Translations under genes and position numbers: made by a program
The notes under the pieces: generated by a model
What the model saw: only the letters and a program-made list of their open reading frames with translations
What the model was told of the DNA's origin: nothing
Database searches by the model: none
Part shown: positions 44,122-53,484 of the stretch, piece after piece
Numbering within the stretch: position 1 is the first letter of the stretch
How the letters are laid out: each line of letters opens with the position of its first letter
Source: a virus
Reading direction: 5' to 3' (one strand)
DNA length: 64,000 bases
Virus record (IMG/VR): IMGVR_UViG_3300046819_000377
Coordinates: 3,802-67,801 of that record

Positions 44122-44367
44122 TTAACTCCATTTTAATAAAAACCAATTCCTATCAATCTCATTTGCGAACCATATATATGAAAATGTATATGACCATCTC
44201 TCATTTTGGGTCTCACACCAACCATCACCACCAAATTGTTGTGATGCCCATTCAATTATTTCAGGATATTCGTCATAAAAACCATCCCCTAAATAAACTG
44301 CATATGGATGCACGTTTGCTGAAAAAAATTCAGTACTTATCTTATATTGTTTTTTCATCAGCCCCAC
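44122..44367 (-). CDS. W-family small protein (ends EIDRNWFLLKWS*)
   Basis: C-terminal motif. Confidence 0.6.
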   Translation of the reverse strand: MGLMKKQYKISTEFFSANVHPYAVYLGDGFYDEYPEIIEWASQQFGGDGWCETQNERWSYTFSYIWFANEIDRNWFLLKWS

Positions 44368-44669
44368 CGTAATGCAAACCAGTTCTTATCTTCTTCACTT
44401 TTTATAAGTATTCTAGCAGGAGTTCCCTCATATGGACTAGTCCAACACCATCTTTCATTGACTATTGGCTTGTTATGAATCATTAACTCCATGAATTCAT
44501 TTAATGAGCAACTAGGACCAAATGTTTCCCAACACCATTGACGCATTTCACAGAATTTTGCTGTTCGATCACCTTGTTGCCAAGAAGGTTGCCATCTGAA
44601 AACCATGCTGTATTTGAAGTATTGATGACCGGTGTATCGCTTGTCTAACTTTGATATCGCTATATTCAT
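44358..44669 (-). CDS. W-family small protein (ends EEDKNWFALRWG*)
   Basis: C-terminal motif. First gene of the minus-strand block. Confidence 0.6.
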   Translation of the reverse strand: MNIAISKLDKRYTGHQYFKYSMVFRWQPSWQQGDRTAKFCEMRQWCWETFGPSCSLNEFMELMIHNKPIVNERWCWTSPYEGTPARILIKSEEDKNWFALRWG

Positions 44670-44727
44670 GTATGAATTATACTCCTTCTTATGGTGGATG
44701 TCAATAAATAATTACAGAGGCATACAA

Positions 44728-45540
44728 ATGAGAATACTAGTCACCGGTGCCAACGGATTTGTTGGACGTAATATGCTCGAATGGCTATCCCAAGAAGAAT
44801 TCTGGGAAATCGAGACATGGGAATGGGATCCTAATAATTTACCTGATGTAAAAAAATATAAATGGGTCATACATCTGGGTGCTGTTACAGATACCAGTGA
44901 TGCTGACGTTGATACGATTATACATAAGAACTATGAGTTCAGTCAATGGCTTTTTACTGAATGCAATAAGAATAAAGTGCATATGCAATATGCCAGTTCC
45001 AGCGCTGTTTATGGAAATAATAAGAATTTTTCGGAATTTGCTCCTTGTCATCCAGAAACACCATATGCGTGGTCGAAATACTTATTTGATAGATGGGTAT
45101 TGCAGCAAGAGCATAACATCTATGTTCAAGGATTTCGATACTTCAACGTGTATGGAAAATATATGCATACCAAAGGAGAACGAGCTGATATCTTATGTAA
45201 GTGGCGAGAAGAGGCCAAAAATGAAGGAAAGATCACTATTTGGGCAAATGCTGATCGCATCAAACGTGATTGGGTTTGGGTCGGAGACGTATGCAAATTA
45301 CATATTGATTTCATTAAAACTATCAATGGTTCAGGCATCTGGAATGTTGGCTCTGGACTATCACACAGTTATTTAGATTTAGCGGAAGAAATTGCAATTC
45401 AAGAAGGGGTACAAATTGAATTTGCCTCACCAAAACCAACTGAACAATATAATACAAAAGCCGACTTAACCTTATTGAAATCAACTATCGGAAAACGCAA
45501 ATGGTTATCAGTTTACGAATGGATTGATCGTGGATTGTGA
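44728..45540 (+). CDS. NAD(P)-dependent epimerase/dehydratase (SDR family)
   Basis: MRILVTGANGFVGRN Rossmann motif. YAWSK active-site YxxxK. Confidence 0.7.
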   Translation: MRILVTGANGFVGRNMLEWLSQEEFWEIETWEWDPNNLPDVKKYKWVIHLGAVTDTSDADVDTIIHKNYEFSQWLFTECNKNKVHMQYASSSAVYGNNKNFSEFAPCHPETPYAWSKYLFDRWVLQQEHNIYVQGFRYFNVYGKYMHTKGERADILCKWREEAKNEGKITIWANADRIKRDWVWVGDVCKLHIDFIKTINGSGIWNVGSGLSHSYLDLAEEIAIQEGVQIEFASPKPTEQYNTKADLTLLKSTIGKRKWLSVYEWIDRGL

Positions 45541-45564
45541 TAAATACTTGACAGAGGAAGTAAC

Positions 45565-45924
45565 ATGAGAGCAAGTGAATTTTTAAATGAAGATAATTTT
45601 GGAGTAGGAAAAAAACGCCCTGCACGACCTGGATCTCGCGAAGACCAAGTTGGTCCACGTGGTCACAAACCAGAAACGCAATATAGTGTGGATGAAGAAT
45701 TCGAAATTGATGAAGCTGGAAAGGCTCCTAAAAAGCTGTGTCTTTCTAAAAAAACTGATGGTGAATTAGGTGCAAGCCAATTATCATCATGTCAAGCACA
45801 GGGCTTACGTAAAAGAAATACAAAACGAAAATTTAGAATTGGTAAGAAAGTTCAATCAATTGATGGTAAATATGTGCGTTCGGCTGACTACGGAGGCCCT
45901 TTGCCCAAATGGAAAGGAAATTAG
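45565..45924 (+). CDS. basic protein with MRASEFLNE N-terminus (candidate packaged internal protein)
   Basis: SD GAGGAAG. K/R-rich. N-terminal motif shared with 46685, 53485 and 61016. Confidence 0.55.
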   Translation: MRASEFLNEDNFGVGKKRPARPGSREDQVGPRGHKPETQYSVDEEFEIDEAGKAPKKLCLSKKTDGELGASQLSSCQAQGLRKRNTKRKFRIGKKVQSIDGKYVRSADYGGPLPKWKGN

Positions 45925-45933
45925 GAATTATTT

Positions 45934-46698
45934 ATGGAATTTTTGAATAATAAGTATACCAAAATGTATTTCTCGATTGTTGAAAATGCAAAATTAAGAA
46001 AATGTATAGATGGGTATTCTGAAAAACATCATATAATCCCTAAAAGTTTAGGTGGTGATAATAGTCATACTAATATAGTAATACTTACTGCACGTGAACA
46101 TTTTGTATGTCATAGATTATTGCCAAAAATGACTACCGGTAGTTTTAGATACAAAATGCTTTCTGCCATATTTAGGATGATGCATAGCAGTCAATCACAA
46201 CGGTATATTGGTACGTCTCATACGTATAATTCTATAAAAATAGAGAAGGCGAAGTTAGCATCAACTATATTCAGTGGTGATAATAATCCATTTTATGGAA
46301 AGACCCATTCTGAAGAAACCAGGCAACGATTAAAAATCGCGAGGGAACTTCAAGTAGCCCGTCAAGGCACTACCATGACTGCCGAAGCTAGGCAAAAGTT
46401 AAGTGTTGCCGCAAAAGGTAGAATCTTAACTGATGAACATAAGCGAAAAATAGGAATTGCAAATTCTAATAAACCGATGTCTGAAGAGCATAAAGCCCGA
46501 CTATTACTCACTAGAAAAGGAATACCATTAACACCCGACCATAGAAAACTTCTCAGTGATGTTAAGAAAAATATACCGCAATTGGTTGTGAAATGCCCAC
46601 ATTGTGACAAATCTGGCGGCGTTTCTCTTATGAAAAGATGGCATTTTGATAATTGTAAATGTATTACTAATGGAAAGGTAACTAATGCGATTTCGTGA
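45934..46698 (+). CDS. HNH homing endonuclease with NUMOD3 repeats and C-terminal Zn finger
   Basis: HHIIPKSLGGDNSHTNIVILTAREHFVCH. NPFYGKTHSEETRQRLK. CPHCDKSGGVSLMKRWHFDNCK. Confidence 0.75.
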   Translation: MEFLNNKYTKMYFSIVENAKLRKCIDGYSEKHHIIPKSLGGDNSHTNIVILTAREHFVCHRLLPKMTTGSFRYKMLSAIFRMMHSSQSQRYIGTSHTYNSIKIEKAKLASTIFSGDNNPFYGKTHSEETRQRLKIARELQVARQGTTMTAEARQKLSVAAKGRILTDEHKRKIGIANSNKPMSEEHKARLLLTRKGIPLTPDHRKLLSDVKKNIPQLVVKCPHCDKSGGVSLMKRWHFDNCKCITNGKVTNAIS

Positions 46699-47308
46699 AT
46701 TTTCAAAATTAACAGAATTTGATGCGGGTAGCGCGATATCATCTGCAGGTAATATTATTAGTATGTTATCTAATCCACTCGGTGCATTAGATAATATTAC
46801 TGGTACTACTTCTACCGATTCGGCTGGTGCTGGATCATCGACTGCTGATATAGCAACTATTCAAGACCCAGATTTTAACAGAAAATTAGAAAAGGTTGCA
46901 AATAAGTTAGGTGTTAGAGCTAATGATTTGCTTGCTATTATGAAGCAAGAATCAGGTGTTGATCCATCAAGAGTTAATTCAACATCTAACGCAACTGGCC
47001 TTATTCAATTCATGCCAGATACTGCTAGAAGACTTGGAACTACTACCGATGCATTAGCTAAAATGTCAGCTGTTGAACAACTAGATTATGTTTACTTATA
47101 TTACAAAAGTGTTAAACTTAAACCTGGGTCCGATGCCGGTGATATGTATGTGGCAACATTTTATCCAGCCGCTGCAGGACAACCTGATAATTATGTAATC
47201 AGTTCACGCGGAAACAAAGTTTATAACCAAAATGCAGGATTAGATAGAAATAAAGATGGAACAATCACTGTGGGAGATGTAAAAAAATCTGTATCAAGGT
47301 TTGTATAG
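46685..47308 (+). CDS. lytic transglycosylase (SLT-like) with MRFREF N-terminus
   Basis: LLAIMKQESGVDPSRVNSTSNATGLIQFMPDTARRLG resembles the SLT catalytic motif (E-S..GLMQ.MP.TA). Confidence 0.55.
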   Translation: MRFREFSKLTEFDAGSAISSAGNIISMLSNPLGALDNITGTTSTDSAGAGSSTADIATIQDPDFNRKLEKVANKLGVRANDLLAIMKQESGVDPSRVNSTSNATGLIQFMPDTARRLGTTTDALAKMSAVEQLDYVYLYYKSVKLKPGSDAGDMYVATFYPAAAGQPDNYVISSRGNKVYNQNAGLDRNKDGTITVGDVKKSVSRFV

Positions 47309-47320
47309 TTAAATAACTTT

Positions 47321-47902
47321 ATGAATTTAATAGGTAATTTAATTATATCCCCGCCATCAGTAAAAGGCAATTTCTGGTATAAAACAGTCGCAATGATTGT
47401 TGAACATCATAATCAAGGAAGTATTGGTATAGTTCTTAATAAACGAAGTAACTATACTATAAATGAATTAGGTGATCAACTTGATTTAGATTTTGATATA
47501 CCAGGATATGTCTATATAGGTGGTCCAGTCAATCCGAATAGTATTAGTTTAATTCATTCTAATGAATGGAGTTGCGATAATACACTTCGGCTTAATGAAA
47601 ACTTCTCATTAAGCTCATCAAAAGAAATCATGCGACGATTTTCTAATAATGACTTACCAAAAAAGTGGAGGTTATTTTTTGGAATTTGTGGATGGCCACC
47701 TGGTAAACTACATAAAGAAATTAATGGCATTGAACCAGAAGATAAGAACACTAGTTGGTGTTTTACCAATAGCGACACAGATTTAGTGTTTAATCATGAC
47801 ACCAAAGTACAATGGAATAAAGCATTAGAAAAAGCCGCAGCTGAATTCGCACATAACATCTTGCCAGTAAAAATAGATAATTGTTTTAAAAACATTAAAT
47901 AG
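47321..47902 (+). CDS. YqgE/AlgH family protein (UPF0301)
   Basis: GNLIISPPSV..NFWYKTVAMIVEHHNQGSIGIVLNKRS..YIGGPV..GICGWPPGKLHKEI matches the AlgH family pattern. Confidence 0.55.
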   Translation: MNLIGNLIISPPSVKGNFWYKTVAMIVEHHNQGSIGIVLNKRSNYTINELGDQLDLDFDIPGYVYIGGPVNPNSISLIHSNEWSCDNTLRLNENFSLSSSKEIMRRFSNNDLPKKWRLFFGICGWPPGKLHKEINGIEPEDKNTSWCFTNSDTDLVFNHDTKVQWNKALEKAAAEFAHNILPVKIDNCFKNIK

Positions 47903-47925
47903 TAGTACTTAATTAAAGGAATACT

Positions 47926-48741
47926 ATGAAATATATTTTATTATTACTCGCTGCAGGTTTTACACTTTCAGCAGAAGCCTGGGACCAAGTTGCCCCATAT
48001 CCAATTGAAAAATGCCAAGTACAATCACCGTATGGCTTTCCACAAACTTCTAAACAAGGTGTAGCAATATGTCGTGCTGGTTATGTTACATTAAACGATA
48101 CTACTGCAAAATTACCAGTTTGGGTTTCTTATACATTATATCCTGAATATGCGTTAGGATGTGTTCCACGTTCTAATGGCTTTGCCCCCGATCAAAGCTT
48201 ACCAAAAGGTAGTAGGGCAGAGCTAATCGATTTTAAAGGCAGCGGCTATGATATTGGTCACGTAGTACCCAATGCAGATCAATCAAGGTTCGATCAAACA
48301 GAAAAAGAAAGTTTCTTATTAACTAATATGGTGGCTCAATTACCAGGAACTAATAGAGGAATAATTAAATTGACCGAAACTAATATTCGTGGATGGGTAA
48401 CACAGAGAAATCATCCATATGTAATTTATTCTGGTCCATTATATGGACCAGGTGATAAAACTATTGGTTTAAACCAAATAGTCGTTCCTCATGCATTTTA
48501 TAAAATAGTAATTGACACAACAACTAATGAAGTTGCTGGATTTCTAATACCACATGTCGGAAATCAAGGAAATGACTTGACAAAAGTTAGAGCACCAATT
48601 GATCAAATCCAACAATTATCAGGAGTCCAATTTGCATACCCAGCGAATGCGGTTGAATTACCATTAAATTATTTATGGCCTGTTGATTATAAAGCATTAA
48701 CCGAAGCGAAAAGAGCTGCATGCAAAGGCAACGCTAACTAA
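47926..48741 (+). CDS. secreted DNA/RNA non-specific endonuclease (Endonuclease I / NucA-like)
   Basis: Signal peptide MKYILLLLAAGFTLSAEA. GYDIGHVVPNADQS (DRGH-type motif). LPGTNRG..RGW. Confidence 0.6.
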   Translation: MKYILLLLAAGFTLSAEAWDQVAPYPIEKCQVQSPYGFPQTSKQGVAICRAGYVTLNDTTAKLPVWVSYTLYPEYALGCVPRSNGFAPDQSLPKGSRAELIDFKGSGYDIGHVVPNADQSRFDQTEKESFLLTNMVAQLPGTNRGIIKLTETNIRGWVTQRNHPYVIYSGPLYGPGDKTIGLNQIVVPHAFYKIVIDTTTNEVAGFLIPHVGNQGNDLTKVRAPIDQIQQLSGVQFAYPANAVELPLNYLWPVDYKALTEAKRAACKGNAN

Positions 48742-49709
48742 CCAGGTTTATATTTACAATTATCAAAATGCCAGCGTTTTGCGTTCGATGCATTGCTGGC
48801 ATTACCACAATACGGACAAATCAATATTTCCTGTGGTGTTAGTTTTTTGCCCTTTCTTGACAAACTCATTTTCAATTTAGATTCTTCGGTATGTGTTCTA
48901 CCGGCCATGGCCCCTACTTTTCCATACATTGGGTTATTTTCACCAGTGTTAGCTTCACTCAGTTTTTCCTTGAGCTCTTTTGCTCGTTCTACCCCGTATA
49001 TTTCATCGAAGGTCTTTCCTTTACGCAATGCAATCGTTTCCGGAGAATGTTTCTTACCCGTAAAAGTACCAGGTTTTCCATATCTATGATTTTTATCACC
49101 TAACATTTTTATACGTTTTTTCTCAGATATTTCTTTAGCCTTTTCTTCACCGAATATTTCATTATAACTTCTCCCTAACCTAGATGTTTTGTGAATAATC
49201 TTCATCGGTTTTAATGATTCTTTATAAATCCATGTCTTTTTTAATTTATTGATTTTTTCTAATGCTTTTTCTTCCCCATATAATTCAATATATGTTTTTC
49301 CCTTATTATTTGATAGTTGACCTTTATTTCGTATACTAATCATTTGTTTTTGCTTATCGGTCCATAATCTTCCTAATGTACCATCCCCACCGAGGGTCAT
49401 ATTGTATCCAGAATGGTAACTATCATATAAATTGATAAAATATGTCTCCATTGCATTTTTTAAATAATCCCCTTCTAACGATTGATATATTATTTCAAAG
49501 GTAAATTTATCGATGCCATACTTTTTAATAGCATAGTATAAATGCGAATTTAGTTTTCTTGAGTTTCTAGTATGTTCTACGATCCTTCTTTCAAAGTTAT
49601 TTGTAAAACCTATATAAATTTTCTCATTAATTGTATTTGTAATTTTATAAATGGAATAAATATCCATGTTGATACTCCTTTTCAGTATTAAAGTAGATGG
49701 GAACGCCAA
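48738..49709 (-). CDS. GIY-YIG homing endonuclease with NUMOD3 repeats and C-terminal Zn finger
   Basis: YSIYKITNTINEKIYIGFTNNFERRIVEH. NPMYGK. CPYCGNASNASNAKRWHFDNCK. Confidence 0.75.
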   Translation of the reverse strand: MAFPSTLILKRSINMDIYSIYKITNTINEKIYIGFTNNFERRIVEHTRNSRKLNSHLYYAIKKYGIDKFTFEIIYQSLEGDYLKNAMETYFINLYDSYHSGYNMTLGGDGTLGRLWTDKQKQMISIRNKGQLSNNKGKTYIELYGEEKALEKINKLKKTWIYKESLKPMKIIHKTSRLGRSYNEIFGEEKAKEISEKKRIKMLGDKNHRYGKPGTFTGKKHSPETIALRKGKTFDEIYGVERAKELKEKLSEANTGENNPMYGKVGAMAGRTHTEESKLKMSLSRKGKKLTPQEILICPYCGNASNASNAKRWHFDNCKYKPG

Positions 49710-49811
49710 TTCCGCGATCTACACCATTATTTATAAATATTACTATGAAAATATTATACTACATTTATTACGTATTGTCAAAATTTGGATGTGGATTGGA
49801 AGGAATCCTGT

Positions 49812-50033
49812 ATGAAGATTAGTGAATTAATAGAGACATCAAACTATCTAGCACAGTTAAAAAGTGATGCGAAAAAACACTATCCAGAAACAGATACTGA
49901 GGATGAATCATTATTACAGTTTTTAGCTAGAAGTGTACTTCATGCAAAAGATGATGATGCTAAACAAAATAATGATATAGCAATTCTAAAATCTAAAATA
50001 AATAATATTGAAAGAATAATTAACAACAAATAG
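49812..50033 (+). CDS. hypothetical protein (73 aa)
   Basis: ATG 49812 with SD GGAAGGAA. Confidence 0.45.
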   Translation: MKISELIETSNYLAQLKSDAKKHYPETDTEDESLLQFLARSVLHAKDDDAKQNNDIAILKSKINNIERIINNK

Positions 50034-50042
50034 GAAAATACA

Positions 50043-50327
50043 ATGGCATTACAAATTAATATTAATACTGAATTCGGTACTGAAGAATCACCAGTATATG
50101 CTCAATATTGGAATATTGGCGCAGTACAAGAGGATTTCAAAGGAAAGGGCACTGAAATCACTATCTATGGATATGCATCCAAAGAAGCAAGAGATAATGA
50201 AAAACAACCACTATCTGCCGGAAAATTTCAAATAACTGGTGAAGAATATGTTGCTGGTGCAGATCGTGCAACATTATATGAAATCATCAAGCAACGCCCA
50301 GAATTCACTGGTGCAGAAGACTGCTAA
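50043..50327 (+). CDS. hypothetical protein (94 aa)
   Basis: ORF track. Confidence 0.5.
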   Translation: MALQININTEFGTEESPVYAQYWNIGAVQEDFKGKGTEITIYGYASKEARDNEKQPLSAGKFQITGEEYVAGADRATLYEIIKQRPEFTGAEDC

Positions 50328-50339
50328 CCAGTCATACTC

Positions 50340-50364
50340 GATATCCCTAATTGTTAGGGATATC
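50340..50364. promoter_or_regulatory. perfect palindrome GATATCCCTAA-ttg-TTAGGGATATC between convergent genes
   Basis: 11-bp arms with a 3-nt loop. Weak T-run, so it may be a terminator or a protein-binding site. Confidence 0.4.
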
Positions 50365-50429
50365 ACCTCAATGGTTTTATTAACTGTTCAAAAGAAACAT
50401 ATTATAGTGTTTAAGAAGTACGTAAACAT

Positions 50430-51617
50430 TTACAAAATTGATTTTAATGCATCGATTAAATCTTCAATCATTCCATCATCATGAAACGGAGTTGGTGCAA
50501 ATCGCAATCGTTCAGTGCCAACATCTACTGTTGGAGAATTAATTGCTTGTACGTAAATACTATAATCATTTAATAATCTATCACTAATTTCTCTAGCTCT
50601 TTTAGCATCACCAATCAAAACAGGTACGATATGTGTAACTGAATCCATCACTGGTATTCCCGCTTCCTTCATCATTTTTTTTAATTTACTAGCTCGTTCT
50701 TGGTGTTTTTCTCTTAATTCATTATGAGCTTTTGAATATTTAACTGCAGCTAATGCGCCAGCGACAATAACTGGGCTCAATGACGTACTAAAGATGAATC
50801 CATCCGCGATGCTTCGAATAGCATCAATTACTATAGAATCCCCTGCGATATAACCACCTTGTACACCAAATGCTTTGCCAAGCGTACCATTAACAATATC
50901 AACTCGATCTTGCAAATCCATTTCTTCTAACTCACCAGCACCAGTAAATCCTCTAACTCCTACTGCATGAACTTCATCACAGTATGTAATAGCATTATAT
51001 TTGTCAGCTAAATCACAAATTTCTTTAATAGGACTAATATCACCTTCCATACTGTATATGCTTTCAAATACAATACAGGGAATATTTTCATTTTGAACCG
51101 ATTTCTTCAAACAATTTTCCAACTCTACTAAATCATTATGATTGAATATTTGTTTAGATGCACGACTATGAACAATACCCATTATTAGACTATTATGGTT
51201 TTTGCTATCACTTATAAATTCAATATTTGGGATAATTTTAGCCAATGCTATTAAACTTGACGTATTCGCTACATAAGCCGAAGTAAATAATAATGCACTC
51301 TCTTTTTTATGCAATGATGCCAATTCATGTTCTAATGCAACATGATAATGGGTAGTACCTGATATATTTCTCGTACCACCGGATCCAGCACCTGTCATAT
51401 CTAATGCTGTTCGCATTGCATCTAGTACTACTTTATGCTGTCCAAGTGATAGATAATCATTACTACACCAATTGACAATATTTTTAATGGCATATGGCCC
51501 ATACCAGATTGCATTTGGAAATTTACCTTGTTCTCGTAGTATGTCATTGAAAACTCTATACTTTCCAGTTTCTTTTAAATTATCGATAAGTTTATTAAAT
51601 GGTTCTTTGTTAATCAT
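50430..51617 (-). CDS. hemA: 5-aminolevulinate synthase (ALAS, PLP-dependent alpha-oxoamine synthase)
   Basis: [18 protein letters not shown] (ALAS hallmark). [14 protein letters not shown] (PLP lysine). [10 protein letters not shown]. Confidence 0.75.
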   Translation of the reverse strand: MINKEPFNKLIDNLKETGKYRVFNDILREQGKFPNAIWYGPYAIKNIVNWCSNDYLSLGQHKVVLDAMRTALDMTGAGSGGTRNISGTTHYHVALEHELASLHKKESALLFTSAYVANTSSLIALAKIIPNIEFISDSKNHNSLIMGIVHSRASKQIFNHNDLVELENCLKKSVQNENIPCIVFESIYSMEGDISPIKEICDLADKYNAITYCDEVHAVGVRGFTGAGELEEMDLQDRVDIVNGTLGKAFGVQGGYIAGDSIVIDAIRSIADGFIFSTSLSPVIVAGALAAVKYSKAHNELREKHQERASKLKKMMKEAGIPVMDSVTHIVPVLIGDAKRAREISDRLLNDYSIYVQAINSPTVDVGTERLRFAPTPFHDDGMIEDLIDALKSIL

Positions 51618-51654
51618 ACCGATATTTAACTAAATATACAAAAGGAAAAAAATT

Positions 51655-51867
51655 ATGGCAGAAAATGGTATTTCAACACACATCCCAAAATCCGAACGTA
51701 GAGATTTAAAATTAGAATTGGCTGAATTAAAACGTCAAGGTAAACTTATTAATACTGATGCAGTTGATATTACTAAAATTGGTTATAGACCATATAATGT
51801 TTATAATAGCCCAGGAACAGTTAGTCCAGCTACAGGACATCCATGGGAATTAGGTCCAGAGGTTTAA
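51655..51867 (+). CDS. hypothetical protein (70 aa)
   Basis: SD AAGGAAA. Confidence 0.5.
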   Translation: MAENGISTHIPKSERRDLKLELAELKRQGKLINTDAVDITKIGYRPYNVYNSPGTVSPATGHPWELGPEV

Positions 51868-51868
51868 G

Positions 51869-53470
51869 ATGACATATATACATCCAAATGATAATAATTT
51901 AAAAAATCTGCATAAAGCTATGCAATATAATGAGTCTGGTGAACCAGTTGTTCGCACACATGTTGATGGAATATCATTACAAGGCGATGTTATAGTTGAT
52001 AAGGTTAGAATTCAAATCGATACATTAGGGAATGTATGGGGTGAAAATCATTCTGCACCAGTATCAATCGGTACTAATGGTCAAGTAACATTAAAAACGA
52101 GTTCAGCAGTTATAGGAAAAGTTCAGCAAGATGGTGATTGGACTGTTAAACAAGGTACTACCCCTTGGGCAATTAGTGATAATGGTGGTTCTATTACAGT
52201 AGATGGCAGTGTTTCAATTAGTAGTTTACCAGAAGTAGAAATAAAAAATGATAGTGGAAATCCTATCCCTATTTCATTTTCAACTGGTGCCCTAGATGCA
52301 TTCGGTAGACAAAGAATTTCAGAACCTTTTACTTTAGGTGATTATAAGCACTTATATGGTATCGACCCCGCTTTTATTGATTATGCTGAAAATGGTGGTG
52401 CCATTGAATTTGTAAAAAATAAAGCATGTTGTACATTAACCACTACTTCTAATCCATCTAGTTTTATCATCCATCAAACAAAATTTTATCATCATTATAT
52501 GCCTGGTAAATCTCAAGTAATTTTTAGTAGTATAAATTTTGGAGCAGCTACACCGAACGTAGTTAAACGAACTGGATACTTTGATGACAACGATGGAATT
52601 TATTTCGAACAAGCAGGCGATGGGACTTTATCATGGGTAATAAGAAGTTTTGTTTCTGGCGCTCCCATTGAAGTCAGGAAAACTCAATCACAATGGAATT
52701 TAGATACTGTATCATGGTTGAACATACTTAATACACAATTAGTAGCGATTGATTTCCAGTGGCTGGGCGTTGGTAGAATTAGAGTTGGATTCGCACATAA
52801 TGGTATTGTAGTTTATGTTCATGAATTTTTACATAGCAATAATTTACCAACTGTTTACATGAGTAATCCAAATCTTCCAATTAGATGTGAAATAAGAAAT
52901 ATTGGCACAACTACGGGTGGATCTATGGATCAAATATGTTCAACTGTTTTCAGCGAAGGTGGTTATGTTGAAGCGGGACAGGATTGGGCTGCTACTACAC
53001 CTACATTAAAAGTGATAGATGCTGGAATTACTGCGCCAGTTATGGCAATTAGATTAAAAAATACATTTCATACATATTCAAATAGAATGATTGTTCGTAT
53101 GGGTAATTTGAATATATTCAGTGATGGTGATAATATTAAATGGAGACTGATAAAATTACCAGCACAAGCATTTCTAACAGGTAATTCATGGGTAGATGTG
53201 CACAATGATTCAGGTATTCAATACAACGTAACTGCTACCGCATGGACAGATGGGCAAGAAATGGATAGTGGTTTTGTGGGTGCATCAACGCAAGGTAGTC
53301 AAAAAGCCGGTGGAGCGCCAGCAAGTAATATCCCTTCATCCGCAAAGAAAAATTATATAGTACAAAATTTTGATAGCACGGATTCTGAGATATTTCTAGT
53401 AGTTGCAACTAATTTAGGTGCACAATCAACTAATGTTGGTGTTAGTATGCAATGGCGTGAAATCTATTAA
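51869..53470 (+). CDS. putative virion structural protein (533 aa)
   Basis: Large beta-rich protein at the head of the structural/fibre module. No motif recognised. Confidence 0.6.
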   Translation: MTYIHPNDNNLKNLHKAMQYNESGEPVVRTHVDGISLQGDVIVDKVRIQIDTLGNVWGENHSAPVSIGTNGQVTLKTSSAVIGKVQQDGDWTVKQGTTPWAISDNGGSITVDGSVSISSLPEVEIKNDSGNPIPISFSTGALDAFGRQRISEPFTLGDYKHLYGIDPAFIDYAENGGAIEFVKNKACCTLTTTSNPSSFIIHQTKFYHHYMPGKSQVIFSSINFGAATPNVVKRTGYFDDNDGIYFEQAGDGTLSWVIRSFVSGAPIEVRKTQSQWNLDTVSWLNILNTQLVAIDFQWLGVGRIRVGFAHNGIVVYVHEFLHSNNLPTVYMSNPNLPIRCEIRNIGTTTGGSMDQICSTVFSEGGYVEAGQDWAATTPTLKVIDAGITAPVMAIRLKNTFHTYSNRMIVRMGNLNIFSDGDNIKWRLIKLPAQAFLTGNSWVDVHNDSGIQYNVTATAWTDGQEMDSGFVGASTQGSQKAGGAPASNIPSSAKKNYIVQNFDSTDSEIFLVVATNLGAQSTNVGVSMQWREIY

Positions 53471-53484
53471 GGATAAATACTATT

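Noticed and set aside
44879-45376. 165-aa plus-strand ORF and 44839-45051 and 45126-45338 minus-strand ORFs
   Set aside because: They overlap the SDR epimerase gene, which has a clear Rossmann GxxGxxG and YxxxK, in other frames.
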